In this document: in pieces, positions 17,092 through 26,910 of the stretch
Position numbering within the stretch: the first letter of the stretch is position 1
How the letters are laid out: every line of letters begins with the position of its first letter
Position numbers and translations under genes: made by a program
NCBI GenBank assembly: GCA_016933335.1
Contig: JAFGBD010000037.1
Location: 9,695-73,694, forward strand
Length of the DNA stretch: 64,000 nucleotides
Direction of reading: 5' to 3'
Source of the DNA: Bacteroidales bacterium
GTDB taxonomy: Bacteria; Bacteroidota; Bacteroidia; Bacteroidales; UBA10428
The notes under the pieces: model-generated
Database searches by the model: none
What the model was told of the DNA's origin: nothing
The model's input: only the letters and a program-made list of their open reading frames with translations

Positions 17092-18219
17092 ATGAAAATA
17101 GGAATTCTAAAGGAAAGAGAACCTGAAAACAGGGTTGCTGTTATGCCCGAAACCGTTGCTTCCTTAACTGAGCTCAATGTTGAAATCATGGTCGAAAAAG
17201 AGGCGGGAATGAGATCATTCGTGTCTGATTCCGACTATCAGCAGGCAGGAGCAAAAACTGCTGCCCGCAAAGATGTGATGCAAAATTCAGATCTGTTGCT
17301 GTTTATCAATCCGCCGGATGTTGATGAGCTCGGATCAGTTGCCGGGAACACGGTGCTTATCGGCATGATGAATCCGTTTTTTAATAAAGATCTTGTCAGC
17401 ACACTGGCCAGTAAGAAGGTCACATCTTTCAGCATGGAGCTCCTGCCCCGTACCACGCTGGCACAGGCTATGGATATTCTTTCATCCATGGCAACCATTG
17501 CCGGTTATAAAGCTGTACTGGATGCAGCACAGAATCTCCATAAATTTTTCCCGATGTTTATGTCTGCGGCAGGAACCATCAAGCCGGCAAAGGTGCTCAT
17601 TCTCGGGGCAGGGGTTGCCGGACTGCAGGCAATCGCGGTTGCACGTAAACTGGGTGCTGTGGTTGAAGTATTTGATGTCCGGTCGGCCGTTAAAGAAGAA
17701 GTGCAAAGCCTTGGCGGAAAATTCATTGAAGTTGAAGGGGCAACAGAAGATGCTGATGCGGGAGGTTATGCAGTCGAGCAGACTGAAGAGTTCAGGCAGA
17801 AACAAAGTGAACTGATTCATCAGCATGCAGTCAGATCTGATGTGATCATATGTACTGCCCAGATCCCGGGTAAAAAAGCTCCCCTGCTGGTGAAAAAAGA
17901 AACGGTTGACCAGATGAAACCCGGATCAGTGATCGTCGACCTGGCAGCTTCAACCGGAGGTAACTGCGAACTCACTAAAAACAATGAGACCGTTATATAT
18001 AACCAGGTCAGGATCATCGGCAATTCCTACTATCCTTCTGAAATGCCATATGATGCCAGTGCCATGTTCAGCCGGAATCTGTTTAATTTTATCAGGCTGT
18101 TTATTGATGATAAAGGCAATCTGAATCTCGATTTTAACAACGAGATCATCAAAGGTACCTGCCTTACCCATAATGGTGAAATCACCCATGCAACTGTAAA
18201 AGAAGTAATCAATCAATAA
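17092..18219 (+). CDS. pntAA: NAD(P) transhydrogenase subunit alpha part 1
   Basis: 375 aa. Alanine-dehydrogenase/PNT fold with the NAD site ILGAGVAGLQAIAVARKLGA. First gene of a three-gene pnt operon. Confidence 0.95.
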   Translation: MKIGILKEREPENRVAVMPETVASLTELNVEIMVEKEAGMRSFVSDSDYQQAGAKTAARKDVMQNSDLLLFINPPDVDELGSVAGNTVLIGMMNPFFNKDLVSTLASKKVTSFSMELLPRTTLAQAMDILSSMATIAGYKAVLDAAQNLHKFFPMFMSAAGTIKPAKVLILGAGVAGLQAIAVARKLGAVVEVFDVRSAVKEEVQSLGGKFIEVEGATEDADAGGYAVEQTEEFRQKQSELIHQHAVRSDVIICTAQIPGKKAPLLVKKETVDQMKPGSVIVDLAASTGGNCELTKNNETVIYNQVRIIGNSYYPSEMPYDASAMFSRNLFNFIRLFIDDKGNLNLDFNNEIIKGTCLTHNGEITHATVKEVINQ

Positions 18220-18231
18220 AAACTTATTCCA

Positions 18232-18549
18232 ATGGAAAATGTGCTTGTATTTTTATACACTTATAAAGAAGCTATTTTCATCATTGTATTATCAATCTTT
18301 CTGGGCTTCGAAGTAATATCCAACGTGCCGTCAATATTGCATACCCCTTTGATGTCAGGAGCAAATGCCATCAGCGGTGTCAGTATCATCGGTGGAATCA
18401 TTTTACTGGGACATGCCGATCTTACAACGATCTCATTAAACCTTATCCTCGGGATCTTTGCTGTCCTTTTTGGTACATTGAATGTAGCCGGAGGTTTTGT
18501 GGTTACTGACCGCATGCTGGAAATGTTTAAGAAAAAACAAAAAAAGTAG
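18232..18549 (+). CDS. pntAB: NAD(P) transhydrogenase subunit alpha part 2 (membrane)
   Basis: 105 aa with 3-4 TM helices (PLMSGANAISGVSIIGG), positioned between pntAA and pntB. Confidence 0.92.
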   Translation: MENVLVFLYTYKEAIFIIVLSIFLGFEVISNVPSILHTPLMSGANAISGVSIIGGIILLGHADLTTISLNLILGIFAVLFGTLNVAGGFVVTDRMLEMFKKKQKK

Positions 18550-18555
18550 AAGAAG

Positions 18556-19989
18556 ATGAATAAAGTACTATATGCACTTGACGGCTCAATATTTACGGTA
18601 GGTGATACAATATTGGAATACAGCTATCTGCTGGCAGCCATCTTCTTTGTGATCGGACTGAAACTTCAGAGTCAGCCGGGTACCGCCCGCAAAGGCAATA
18701 TCTGGGCAGGCGGGGGCATGCTGCTGGCCATGATAACAACTCTTTTATTACATAAAAACAGCGACGGGCAGTATATCAGCCTGGCGAATGCTTCAGTTGT
18801 AATAAGCGTGATTATTTTTGGCTCAATCATCGGGTCGGTTGTTGCCCGCAAGGTCAAGATGACTGCCATGCCTCAGCTGGTTTCGTTTTTTAATGCCACA
18901 GGAGGTGCAGCTTCAGGCCTTGTTGCCGTTATGGAATTCTATAATCCTGATAACAAAGCAATTCTCGTTACATTGCTGGGACTTGTAATCGGCAGTCTGA
19001 CTTTCAGCGGAAGCATGATCGCATATGGCAAGCTTGACGGTAAAATAGGGGATATCTTTTCTCCTGTTATGAAGTATATCAATATTGCGATGTTGCTGGT
19101 TCTTGCCGGACTGGTCATATTCCTGCTGATGGCGGGATTTGATTTTCCATACCGCAACGTTCTTGCGGTTGTTTTACTGTTTCTGGCTTTGCTGTACGGC
19201 GTTTCATTTGTCATGCCCATTGGTGGTGCTGACATGCCGGTTGTGATATCCTTGCTGAACTCTTTCTCGGGAATCGCTGCAGCCCTGGCAGGTTTCATCT
19301 ATAACAACCAGGCAATGATCCTTGGAGGTATCCTGGTTGGTGCCGCAGGAAGCATTCTTACCATTCTGATGTGCCGGGCAATGAACCGGTCTCTGCTCAA
19401 TGTGCTTGTCGGCGCATTTGGCGGAGGAGGCGCTGGTCCTGAAGGAAAAGACATTGGTGCCATCAAGGAAATATCATTAAGTGATGCTGCAGTTCTTCTG
19501 AGTTATTCCCAGAAGGTTGTGATTATCCCGGGATACGGACTTGCGGCTGCACAGGCCCAGCATATCTGCAGCGATCTTGATAACCTGCTGACAGATAACG
19601 GGGTGGAAGTGAAGTATGCCATTCATCCCGTTGCAGGCAGGATGCCGGGACATATGAATGTTTTGCTGGCAGAGGCAGATGTGTCGTATGACAAACTCAT
19701 TGCAATGGAAGACATCAATCCTGAGATGCCGAACACCGATGTTGCAGTTGTTATCGGGGCAAACGATGTGGTGAACCCGGCAGCATACGATGATCCTTCC
19801 AGTCCGATTTACGGCATGCCCATTATCAATGCTCACGAGGCACACAATATCATCGTGATGAAGAGAGGCATGGGCAAAGGTTATGCAGCCATTGAGAATT
19901 ACCTGTTTTACAATGATAAAACACGCATGCTGTTCGGAAATGCCAAAGAATCACTTCAGAAGCTGGTAACCGAGATCAAAACACTGTGA
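18556..19989 (+). CDS. pntB: NAD(P) transhydrogenase subunit beta
   Basis: 477 aa. Membrane N-terminal part plus a C-terminal NADP(H) domain (VIIPGYGLAAAQAQH...HPVAGRMPGHMNVLLAEA...VIGANDVVNP). Confidence 0.95.
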   Translation: MNKVLYALDGSIFTVGDTILEYSYLLAAIFFVIGLKLQSQPGTARKGNIWAGGGMLLAMITTLLLHKNSDGQYISLANASVVISVIIFGSIIGSVVARKVKMTAMPQLVSFFNATGGAASGLVAVMEFYNPDNKAILVTLLGLVIGSLTFSGSMIAYGKLDGKIGDIFSPVMKYINIAMLLVLAGLVIFLLMAGFDFPYRNVLAVVLLFLALLYGVSFVMPIGGADMPVVISLLNSFSGIAAALAGFIYNNQAMILGGILVGAAGSILTILMCRAMNRSLLNVLVGAFGGGGAGPEGKDIGAIKEISLSDAAVLLSYSQKVVIIPGYGLAAAQAQHICSDLDNLLTDNGVEVKYAIHPVAGRMPGHMNVLLAEADVSYDKLIAMEDINPEMPNTDVAVVIGANDVVNPAAYDDPSSPIYGMPIINAHEAHNIIVMKRGMGKGYAAIENYLFYNDKTRMLFGNAKESLQKLVTEIKTL

Positions 19990-20350
19990 GAAGGAGACCC
20001 GGTGTCAGCAATCAGCAATGATCAGTGACAGGTGACTGTTGATCAATAAACTGTTTCCGGCGAACAGTAAAACACGACAAGCAAGTAATGTAACTCAAAA
20101 AAGAATATTAAAAAGGCCATGTTATTCCGACATTGACTGTTGACTGATTGTCACTTGCAGTTTGTCAAAACTTACGGTTATCTTAAACCTTCACATTAAA
20201 ATAATAGCGCAATACCATTCCATTTGAAATTCATTTCCTAAATTTGGAGTGCAGGATTTTTTATGATCCTGCTATTTGCAATCATAAATGTTTTGACTGT
20301 CATTTTTTTTTTATTGAACCGGTTTTCCCGTCAAAAGCTGTTATTCAGCA

Positions 20351-22255
20351 ATGGCCGATTATCACGACATACTTCAGAAAGTCTGGGGGTACAGACAATT
20401 CAGACCTTTACAGGAAGAGATCATTAAATCTGTCCTTGAAGGGCGTGATACCCTTGCACTCATGCCGACCGGCGGAGGGAAGTCCATTACATTCCAGGTT
20501 CCCGCCCTTGTTATGGAAGGTATCTGCCTTGTGATCACTCCTCTTATCGCCCTGATGAAAGACCAGGTGGAGAAATTGCAACAGCTGGAAATAAAGGCGC
20601 AGGCCATTTTTTCAGGAATGACCTGGGATGAGATAGACGTTGCCCTGAATAATTGCATTTACGGAAATTATAAGTTCCTGTATATCGCACCCGAGCGTAT
20701 CGGATCAGATCTTTTTCGTGCCAGGTTTCAGAGCATGCCGGTAAACATGATAACAGTTGATGAAGCACATTGCATATCCAAATGGGGTTATGATTTCAGA
20801 CCTTCATACCTGAAGATCTCCGAATTGCGCAAAGTATTTCCCGAGGTACCTGTACTTGCATTGACTGCAACTGCCACAACGGTTGTGGCTGAAGATATCC
20901 AGGAAAAGCTGCTTTTTGGCTCAAAACATATACTAAGACAGAGTTTTGAAAGGAAAAACCTGACATATATGGTCAGACGGTCAGAAGATAAACAGAAGGA
21001 TCTGCTTGAACTGATTAAAAATACGGAGGGAAGTGGTATTGTGTATGTAAGAAACCGTAAGAGATGTAAAGAACTGGCTCTATTACTGAAAAAGAACGAT
21101 ATCTCTGCCGATTACTATCATGCCGGACTGAAACATGAAGTGCGTACACTCAGGCAGGAAAGCTGGACCCGTTCAAATACCAGGATCATGATTGCAACCA
21201 ATGCCTTTGGCATGGGTATCGATAAGGCTGATGTCAGGCTGATTGTGCATATGGATATACCCGACTCGGTCGAAGCATATTTTCAGGAGGCGGGACGCGG
21301 GGGAAGGGACGGAAAACCTGCAAAAGCCATTCTTTTGTTCGGACCTTCCGATAAGAAGGTTGCTGACCAGCGAATAGCAGCCAATTTCCCGGAGATTGAA
21401 ACCATCAAAAAGGTATACCAGGCAGCGGGCAACTATTGTCGCATAGCCATCGGAGGTGGAAAGGGAATGGCATTTGATTTTGATCTGACGGATTTTGCCG
21501 TCCAGTACCGTTTTAATCCCTATATTGCATACAGCAGCCTGAAAATACTTGAAAAGGAAGGATACATCGAGCTCACGGATGAAATGAACAATCCTTCAAG
21601 GGTCAAGTTCCTTCTCACCAGGGACGATTTATACAAATTTCAGGTGGCAAATGCCAGGTTTGATGCTTTTATTAAACTCATCCTGAGATCATACACAGGT
21701 ATTTTTACAGATTATGCTGCCATTGATGAACTGATGCTTGCCAAAAGGGCCGGCGTGGAAGTGGATGTTGTGTTCCAGTATCTCAATAAACTGAATACCC
21801 TTAATGTGATCCGTTACATACCGCAGAGAAAGACCCCCCTGCTGATCTTTAACGAAGAACGCCTGGATGATAAAACGCTGTATATCTCGAAAGAAAATTA
21901 CAGGGACAGGAAAGAAAGATTTGAAGAAAACCTGAAAGCCATCCAGCATTATGCCGGTGCCAATAAATGCCGCAGCCAGGTTCTCCTGGAGTATTTCGGA
22001 GAGAAAAATACCCAACCGTGCGGGCAGTGTGATGTCTGCAGAAGGAGATCAGAGAAGGAGCTTATGGAAGAGGAATTCATGCTGATGAAGGAGGAAATCG
22101 AATCCATTACAAAAATGGGCCCGGTTGGTTTAAATGAACTGGTGGATAAGATACCCCTGAACAAGGAAAAACTGATACAAACCATCCGGCTGCTGCTGGA
22201 TAATGGCAACCTTAAATACAATAAAAACAATCAACTGGAGTGGGGGAGACAGTAA
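20351..22255 (+). CDS. recQ: RecQ-family ATP-dependent DNA helicase
   Basis: FRPLQEEII, Walker A MPTGGGKS, DEAH box TVDEAHCISKWGYDFRPSY, and the zinc-binding region CRSQVLLEYFGE...CGQCDVC. Confidence 0.9.
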   Translation: MADYHDILQKVWGYRQFRPLQEEIIKSVLEGRDTLALMPTGGGKSITFQVPALVMEGICLVITPLIALMKDQVEKLQQLEIKAQAIFSGMTWDEIDVALNNCIYGNYKFLYIAPERIGSDLFRARFQSMPVNMITVDEAHCISKWGYDFRPSYLKISELRKVFPEVPVLALTATATTVVAEDIQEKLLFGSKHILRQSFERKNLTYMVRRSEDKQKDLLELIKNTEGSGIVYVRNRKRCKELALLLKKNDISADYYHAGLKHEVRTLRQESWTRSNTRIMIATNAFGMGIDKADVRLIVHMDIPDSVEAYFQEAGRGGRDGKPAKAILLFGPSDKKVADQRIAANFPEIETIKKVYQAAGNYCRIAIGGGKGMAFDFDLTDFAVQYRFNPYIAYSSLKILEKEGYIELTDEMNNPSRVKFLLTRDDLYKFQVANARFDAFIKLILRSYTGIFTDYAAIDELMLAKRAGVEVDVVFQYLNKLNTLNVIRYIPQRKTPLLIFNEERLDDKTLYISKENYRDRKERFEENLKAIQHYAGANKCRSQVLLEYFGEKNTQPCGQCDVCRRRSEKELMEEEFMLMKEEIESITKMGPVGLNELVDKIPLNKEKLIQTIRLLLDNGNLKYNKNNQLEWGRQ

Positions 22256-22295
22256 ACGAAGATGAAACACGGCTTTCTGAAATTGCAGATCCGGA

Positions 22296-23738
22296 TCAGT
22301 TATTCAGCAATAAAAAGATATTACGGGCATGTTTTCTGATCAGAAAGAGGTAAGCTGACAGAAAAACAGCTCCTTCAACAATGGTAAGCCATTCGTTGAT
22401 TTTTAACCGGAATGCCATTCTTAATAACAGATCCAATCCAAGTTGCACCGTTAAAATGATGAATACCGGCAGCAGGCTTTTTAACAGCTTCATGTCCAGA
22501 TACCTGGTTGAATCAGCGAAATAAAAGAAAAAATAGAGGATCAGGTATGCAACCAGTGTTGTCCAAGCCGCTGCCTGGTAACCCCATACCGGGACCATAA
22601 GAAAATTGAGCAGAATATTTGCCAGAGATGCAATGGTCATACCTGTTATCAAAGGTTTGTACCGGTTTTCAAACTTCAGCTTAGCCTCATTGAACAGGGT
22701 TAATCCGTATATAAATGAGCTGGTCATGATAAAAGGGATCATCCTGTAACCTATGCGGAATTTTTCACCAAGCAGGATAAATGCCATCTGCCTGGAAAAG
22801 ATGGAAAAATAGAATACCAGCGGAAGGATGATTATGATGAAAAACCGGATATAACCTTTGATCTGATCATTTAAATCAACAGGCTTAAAGGTGAGAATTT
22901 TAATCAGGCGTGGATTGATGGTATTGAAATACACCGTTACGAGATGATAGATGCTGAACTGCCCGATCATATAAATCTGGTTGTAGATTCCAACAAAATC
23001 AATGTCTGAAAACAATGCGATGATATATCTGTCGGCAGAAATCAGAATCAATACGCAAAAACTAATGTAAAGTCCTACGGAACCATATGCAAGCAACTCC
23101 CTGACAGATTTAGCCGTAATATGCCTCAAAGAAAGCCTGGGATATTTTTTGATGGTTGCTGATATCACAAGGATAAGTACGACATTCATAATGACCTGCC
23201 CGATGAGCATGGACTCAATCCTGTAGTCCAGGTAAAAGGCAAAGTAAAAAAGCAGGGCAAAGGCCCCGGCTGCCTGTAATGAATACACCAGGTTGTAAAA
23301 GAGCGCTCTTTCCCTGATTCTGACTATAACCAGGTAAAGACCCAAGGCCTGTCCGGAGGTCAACTGCAGGAAGGATAAAAAAACAAGCCTGTAAACGAGT
23401 GTTGATTTAACCATAACCAGCCAGAACGATGTAATTAAGAACATCAGCAGTGAAGAAACCAGGGAAAGAAAAATCAGATTTGAATAAAGTGCATTCAGGG
23501 TATTTTTTTTCTCCGCTTCGGTATGAAAACGCCATAAACATGATGATATCCATGAGAAAAGCACCATTGATATATAGGCAAAAGTCCGCGTGACAAGCGT
23601 ATAGTAACCATATTCTTCAGGTGAAAAATACCTTGTAAAGACGGGTAACCTGATGAATACAATGACAGCAGGAATGACAGAGCCTGTAAAATACCAGAGG
23701 AAATCCCGGTAGAATTTATTTTGCGGGGTATTATTCAT
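22296..23738 (-). CDS. Oligosaccharide/polysaccharide flippase (Wzx / MOP superfamily)
   Basis: 480 aa with about 12-14 TM helices and an architecture typical of polysaccharide biosynthesis (PST) flippases. Adjacent to methyltransferase and GT4 genes. Confidence 0.8.
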   Translation of the reverse strand: MNNTPQNKFYRDFLWYFTGSVIPAVIVFIRLPVFTRYFSPEEYGYYTLVTRTFAYISMVLFSWISSCLWRFHTEAEKKNTLNALYSNLIFLSLVSSLLMFLITSFWLVMVKSTLVYRLVFLSFLQLTSGQALGLYLVIVRIRERALFYNLVYSLQAAGAFALLFYFAFYLDYRIESMLIGQVIMNVVLILVISATIKKYPRLSLRHITAKSVRELLAYGSVGLYISFCVLILISADRYIIALFSDIDFVGIYNQIYMIGQFSIYHLVTVYFNTINPRLIKILTFKPVDLNDQIKGYIRFFIIIILPLVFYFSIFSRQMAFILLGEKFRIGYRMIPFIMTSSFIYGLTLFNEAKLKFENRYKPLITGMTIASLANILLNFLMVPVWGYQAAAWTTLVAYLILYFFFYFADSTRYLDMKLLKSLLPVFIILTVQLGLDLLLRMAFRLKINEWLTIVEGAVFLSAYLFLIRKHARNIFLLLNN

Positions 23739-23854
23739 TTATCAGTATTATAATGAACCTGAACATTCCGGAGAGTCTCATTTTTTATTTATGAATCCAT
23801 GGCTAATATATAATTTTATTATCATTGACAGCCACAAGCCGGTTTGTGTTGTTA

Positions 23855-24649
23855 TTATATTTTGCGCGCTTTCCGGGCGACTATGACCCTTTCATCCGGG
23901 TTCAGGGCCAGTTTGTCAATAGCCGGATAAGTGCTCTCCTTAAAAGGATTGTAAACCTCTACCTCGAAACCGGTATTGGCCAGTCTCTGCAGATAATCTT
24001 TGCCGTAGATCCTTACATGGTCTTTTTGTCCGAAATGTTTCAGCCTTTCTTCTTCTGTTTGGATGGCAGGATCCTCATATGTTTTTTCAAGTATTTCAGA
24101 TACAGGGACCTGCAGTAAAGCAAATCCTTCCGGCCTCAAAACCCTGTATAGTTCCTTCATTGCCAGCCTGTCATCCGGAATGTGTTCCAGAACATGATTG
24201 CATATGATGATATCAAATGTTTCATCATTAAACGGAATTTGTGTAATATTTATTTTTATGGCATTGGTAAAGTGCCTGTACCTGTCAGGTTCAGTATCGC
24301 CGGTAACGTACTTCAGCTGTTTCATCAGGCTGAGCCTCCTGGCAATCATCTCTTCCGGTGCAATATGCAATATGGTACAGCAATTTTCCCGGATCTTCAG
24401 TTCCTGAAGATACAACCATACCATCCGGTGCCGGTAGGTAGATTTGCAGACAGGACAATAATCCTGTTCCCTGTAACCCGCCCCTGTTATCCGGTATTCA
24501 ACAACCGGCGGCAAATCTTCACCTCCGGGACAAAATCTTCTGATATGGCTCTGGCAACAATTGCAGTAATAACTGTTTCCCAGGTAAAAAATTTTCTTCA
24601 ATATGAATTTGATACGGTACGGAATGAATTTTCTGATGCTGTACATCAT
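23855..24649 (-). CDS. Class I SAM-dependent methyltransferase with N-terminal Cys4 zinc-ribbon
   Basis: CNCCQSH...CPVCKS ribbon followed by the Methyltransf_11-like core (ILHIAPE...DIIICNHVLEHIPDD). Confidence 0.8.
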   Translation of the reverse strand: MMYSIRKFIPYRIKFILKKIFYLGNSYYCNCCQSHIRRFCPGGEDLPPVVEYRITGAGYREQDYCPVCKSTYRHRMVWLYLQELKIRENCCTILHIAPEEMIARRLSLMKQLKYVTGDTEPDRYRHFTNAIKINITQIPFNDETFDIIICNHVLEHIPDDRLAMKELYRVLRPEGFALLQVPVSEILEKTYEDPAIQTEEERLKHFGQKDHVRIYGKDYLQRLANTGFEVEVYNPFKESTYPAIDKLALNPDERVIVARKARKI

Positions 24650-24661
24650 AGCCGGGTGATT

Positions 24662-25861
24662 TTATTGCAGAAGCTCCTGATAGATGTCCAGTAATCTTTT
24701 TTCCATAAAGTGCCAGCTGTATTTCCGGGCGACGGCATTCATTCCGTTTGATGAATATCTCATATACAGATCATGGTCTGTCAGCAGGGTGCCGAGCTTG
24801 TCACAAATATCTTCAGGATCAGAAGGGTCAGTCGTCATTCCTGTTTCGTCAGTTTCAATGTAATTTTTCAAATGACCGAAATTGCTGCACAATACCGGGA
24901 GCCCGTACGCCATGTATTCAAACAACTTGATCGGCAGTATGGTCCGGTTCACAGGATTATCATTGAAAATGATCAAACCGGTTTTACTTTGCTCATAGAA
25001 ACTGCCGATCATTTCATACGGAACAGGTTCCTTAATTATAATATTTTGTGTCAGCTTGTATCTGGTCAGAAACCTGAGCAGTTTCTTTTTCAGGTTTTTT
25101 TCGAAAACCGGTCCGATAAACAGAACCCTGAAGGGTTTACCCCTGTCCCCGGCCATTTTAACTGCCCGGATTATCTGCCACACACCCCTTGTGGACCTGA
25201 TGCTGCCGGCATATATGGCATCATAGATTTTGCTTTCAGCAGGAAAGACTTTTTTTGCAGGCTGCAGGTTTGTATAGTTGTAAATAATCCGTACTTTATC
25301 TTCCTGATGCAGGTAATCTTTAAATTTTTTTGCCACATTCTCTTCAGTGGCTATCACCAGATCATATTTACGTGAACATTCCAGCTCCCAATACCTTACG
25401 TATATTGAAAAAAACAAATGGATCAGCCTGCCCAGGAAATTTGAGGTGTGTGCAAAGCGAAAAGATTCCGGATACGGCTCATGCACATCATATATTACTT
25501 TTGGCTTATGGGGCAGCTTCCTGAGCTTTAATCCTATTTTGTTTATTTGCAGATCATGAAAATGATATGCATCTGCTTTGACAACAGCTGCTATATCAAG
25601 GATTTGAAGATAGATTGACGGCCCGGATAAAAAAAACCTCAGAATCTTGTCGGTATAAGGGTTCTTCAGGTATCGCTTCCGTTTAACCTGGACAAGTCTG
25701 ATGCCATGTTCCGAGACATAGTCCGAGTTTTCATCACCAACACCGATATGTGTAACTTCATACCCGTTTTTTCTGAGTGAGAGGGCCTCTTTCCAGTAGA
25801 TTCTGTCGTCGTATAATCCGTGAAGACAGGAAATCATGCATATATGACGGGCTTCATTCAT
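24662..25861 (-). CDS. Glycosyltransferase family 4 (GT-B fold)
   Basis: 399 aa. The C-terminal half has GT4 features (LFIGPV...LFEYMAYGLPVLCSN...E motif region). Confidence 0.8.
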   Translation of the reverse strand: MNEARHICMISCLHGLYDDRIYWKEALSLRKNGYEVTHIGVGDENSDYVSEHGIRLVQVKRKRYLKNPYTDKILRFFLSGPSIYLQILDIAAVVKADAYHFHDLQINKIGLKLRKLPHKPKVIYDVHEPYPESFRFAHTSNFLGRLIHLFFSIYVRYWELECSRKYDLVIATEENVAKKFKDYLHQEDKVRIIYNYTNLQPAKKVFPAESKIYDAIYAGSIRSTRGVWQIIRAVKMAGDRGKPFRVLFIGPVFEKNLKKKLLRFLTRYKLTQNIIIKEPVPYEMIGSFYEQSKTGLIIFNDNPVNRTILPIKLFEYMAYGLPVLCSNFGHLKNYIETDETGMTTDPSDPEDICDKLGTLLTDHDLYMRYSSNGMNAVARKYSWHFMEKRLLDIYQELLQ

Positions 25862-25974
25862 TTATCGGCAGTTGACAGATTGTATCAGACTAATCGTATG
25901 CAATGGACTGCAGGTCATAGAATTGAAAATTGCTGATTTTGACAGTTCATCGGTCGTGGATTACCCGGTTACCT

Positions 25975-26676
25975 TTATTCCAGTGCACTGAAATCAATTT
26001 CTGCCGTCAGTTCCAGTTCTGAGAGTTTTCCGTTTTCGCATTTTAATGTCCTTGCTGAATATTTTTTAAGCAAAGTGTAGTTATGCGTTGCCATGATCAC
26101 GGCTCTTCCCGAATTGCTGATTTCAAAAAGAATTTTTATGATTGATTCCGAAGTTTCGGGATCAAGGTTTCCGGTGGGCTCATCAGCTAGGATGATATCC
26201 GGGTTATTCAATAACGCCCTTGCGATGACAACACGCTGTTGTTCCCCGCCCGAAAGCTGATGGGGCATTTTATAATGCTTGTACTCAAGTCCGGTTTTTT
26301 CAAGTACTTCATTGATCCTTGCTTCAATATCGGCCTGGTTTTTCCATCCTGTGGCCTTCAGGACGAAGAGCAGGTTGTCGTATACCGTCCGGTCAATCAG
26401 CAGCTGAAAATCCTGAAAGACTATGCCGAGCTTTCTTCTAAGGTTCGGAACTGATTTTATCCTGAGCTTTTCGAGCTGAAAACCTGCTACATGGGCCTTT
26501 CCTTCCTTCAAAGGCAATTCGGCATTGATGGTTTTGATCAGGCTTGTTTTACCGCTGCCAACCCTGCCTATCAGGTAAACGAACTCCCCCTTGTTTACCC
26601 TGAATGATACATCAGATAAAACCAGGTAATCATCCTGAAAGACAGAGGCATCCTGAAAATCGATAATCATTTCCAT
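25975..26676 (-). CDS. ftsE: Cell-division-type ABC ATPase FtsE
   Basis: 233 aa. Walker [10 protein letters not shown], signature [14 protein letters not shown], Walker [12 protein letters not shown]. Length and pattern match FtsE. No ftsX is adjacent. Confidence 0.8.
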   Translation of the reverse strand: MEMIIDFQDASVFQDDYLVLSDVSFRVNKGEFVYLIGRVGSGKTSLIKTINAELPLKEGKAHVAGFQLEKLRIKSVPNLRRKLGIVFQDFQLLIDRTVYDNLLFVLKATGWKNQADIEARINEVLEKTGLEYKHYKMPHQLSGGEQQRVVIARALLNNPDIILADEPTGNLDPETSESIIKILFEISNSGRAVIMATHNYTLLKKYSARTLKCENGKLSELELTAEIDFSALE

Positions 26677-26910
26677 TGGTATTTATGATCCAGCAAGTGG
26701 TTATTCCGGTTATTTCCGGCCTAAATTAAGAATAAAAACAGAAAATATCCGGATGACAGAAACTAAAATAATGATATTATTCAACTCTGTCAAACCTGAA
26801 AACACGGATAAATGAATGAAATTAACACAAAACTGTTAATCAAAACAGAATAAATCCTGATTATCCATCGTTTATAATCCGTAATTTTATCAGAAATTAA
26901 CGGGAGACAA

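Noticed and set aside
17238-19845. Many 60-140-aa ORFs on the opposite strand or in alternative frames inside pntAA, pntAB and pntB (e.g. 17393..17815, 17482..17826, 18939..19298, 19477..19845).
   Set aside because: They lie entirely within genes with unmistakable Pnt motifs. They have skewed low-complexity composition (Ser/Arg/Cys/Pro-rich) and no recognisable motifs. This is typical of stop-poor antisense frames in the GC-richer pnt genes.
20244-20534. 96-aa ORF running into the recQ start.
   Set aside because: It starts with a non-ATG codon (TTG at 20244), spans the AT-rich spacer and overlaps the well-supported recQ N-terminus (MADYHDILQKVWGYRQFRPLQ) out of frame. Its Cys/Phe-rich composition does not look protein-like.
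24182-25375. 170-aa and 200-aa plus-strand ORFs antisense to the methyltransferase and GT4 genes.
   Set aside because: The minus-strand genes carry clear SAM-MTase and GT4 motifs. The antisense translations have no motifs and an odd composition.
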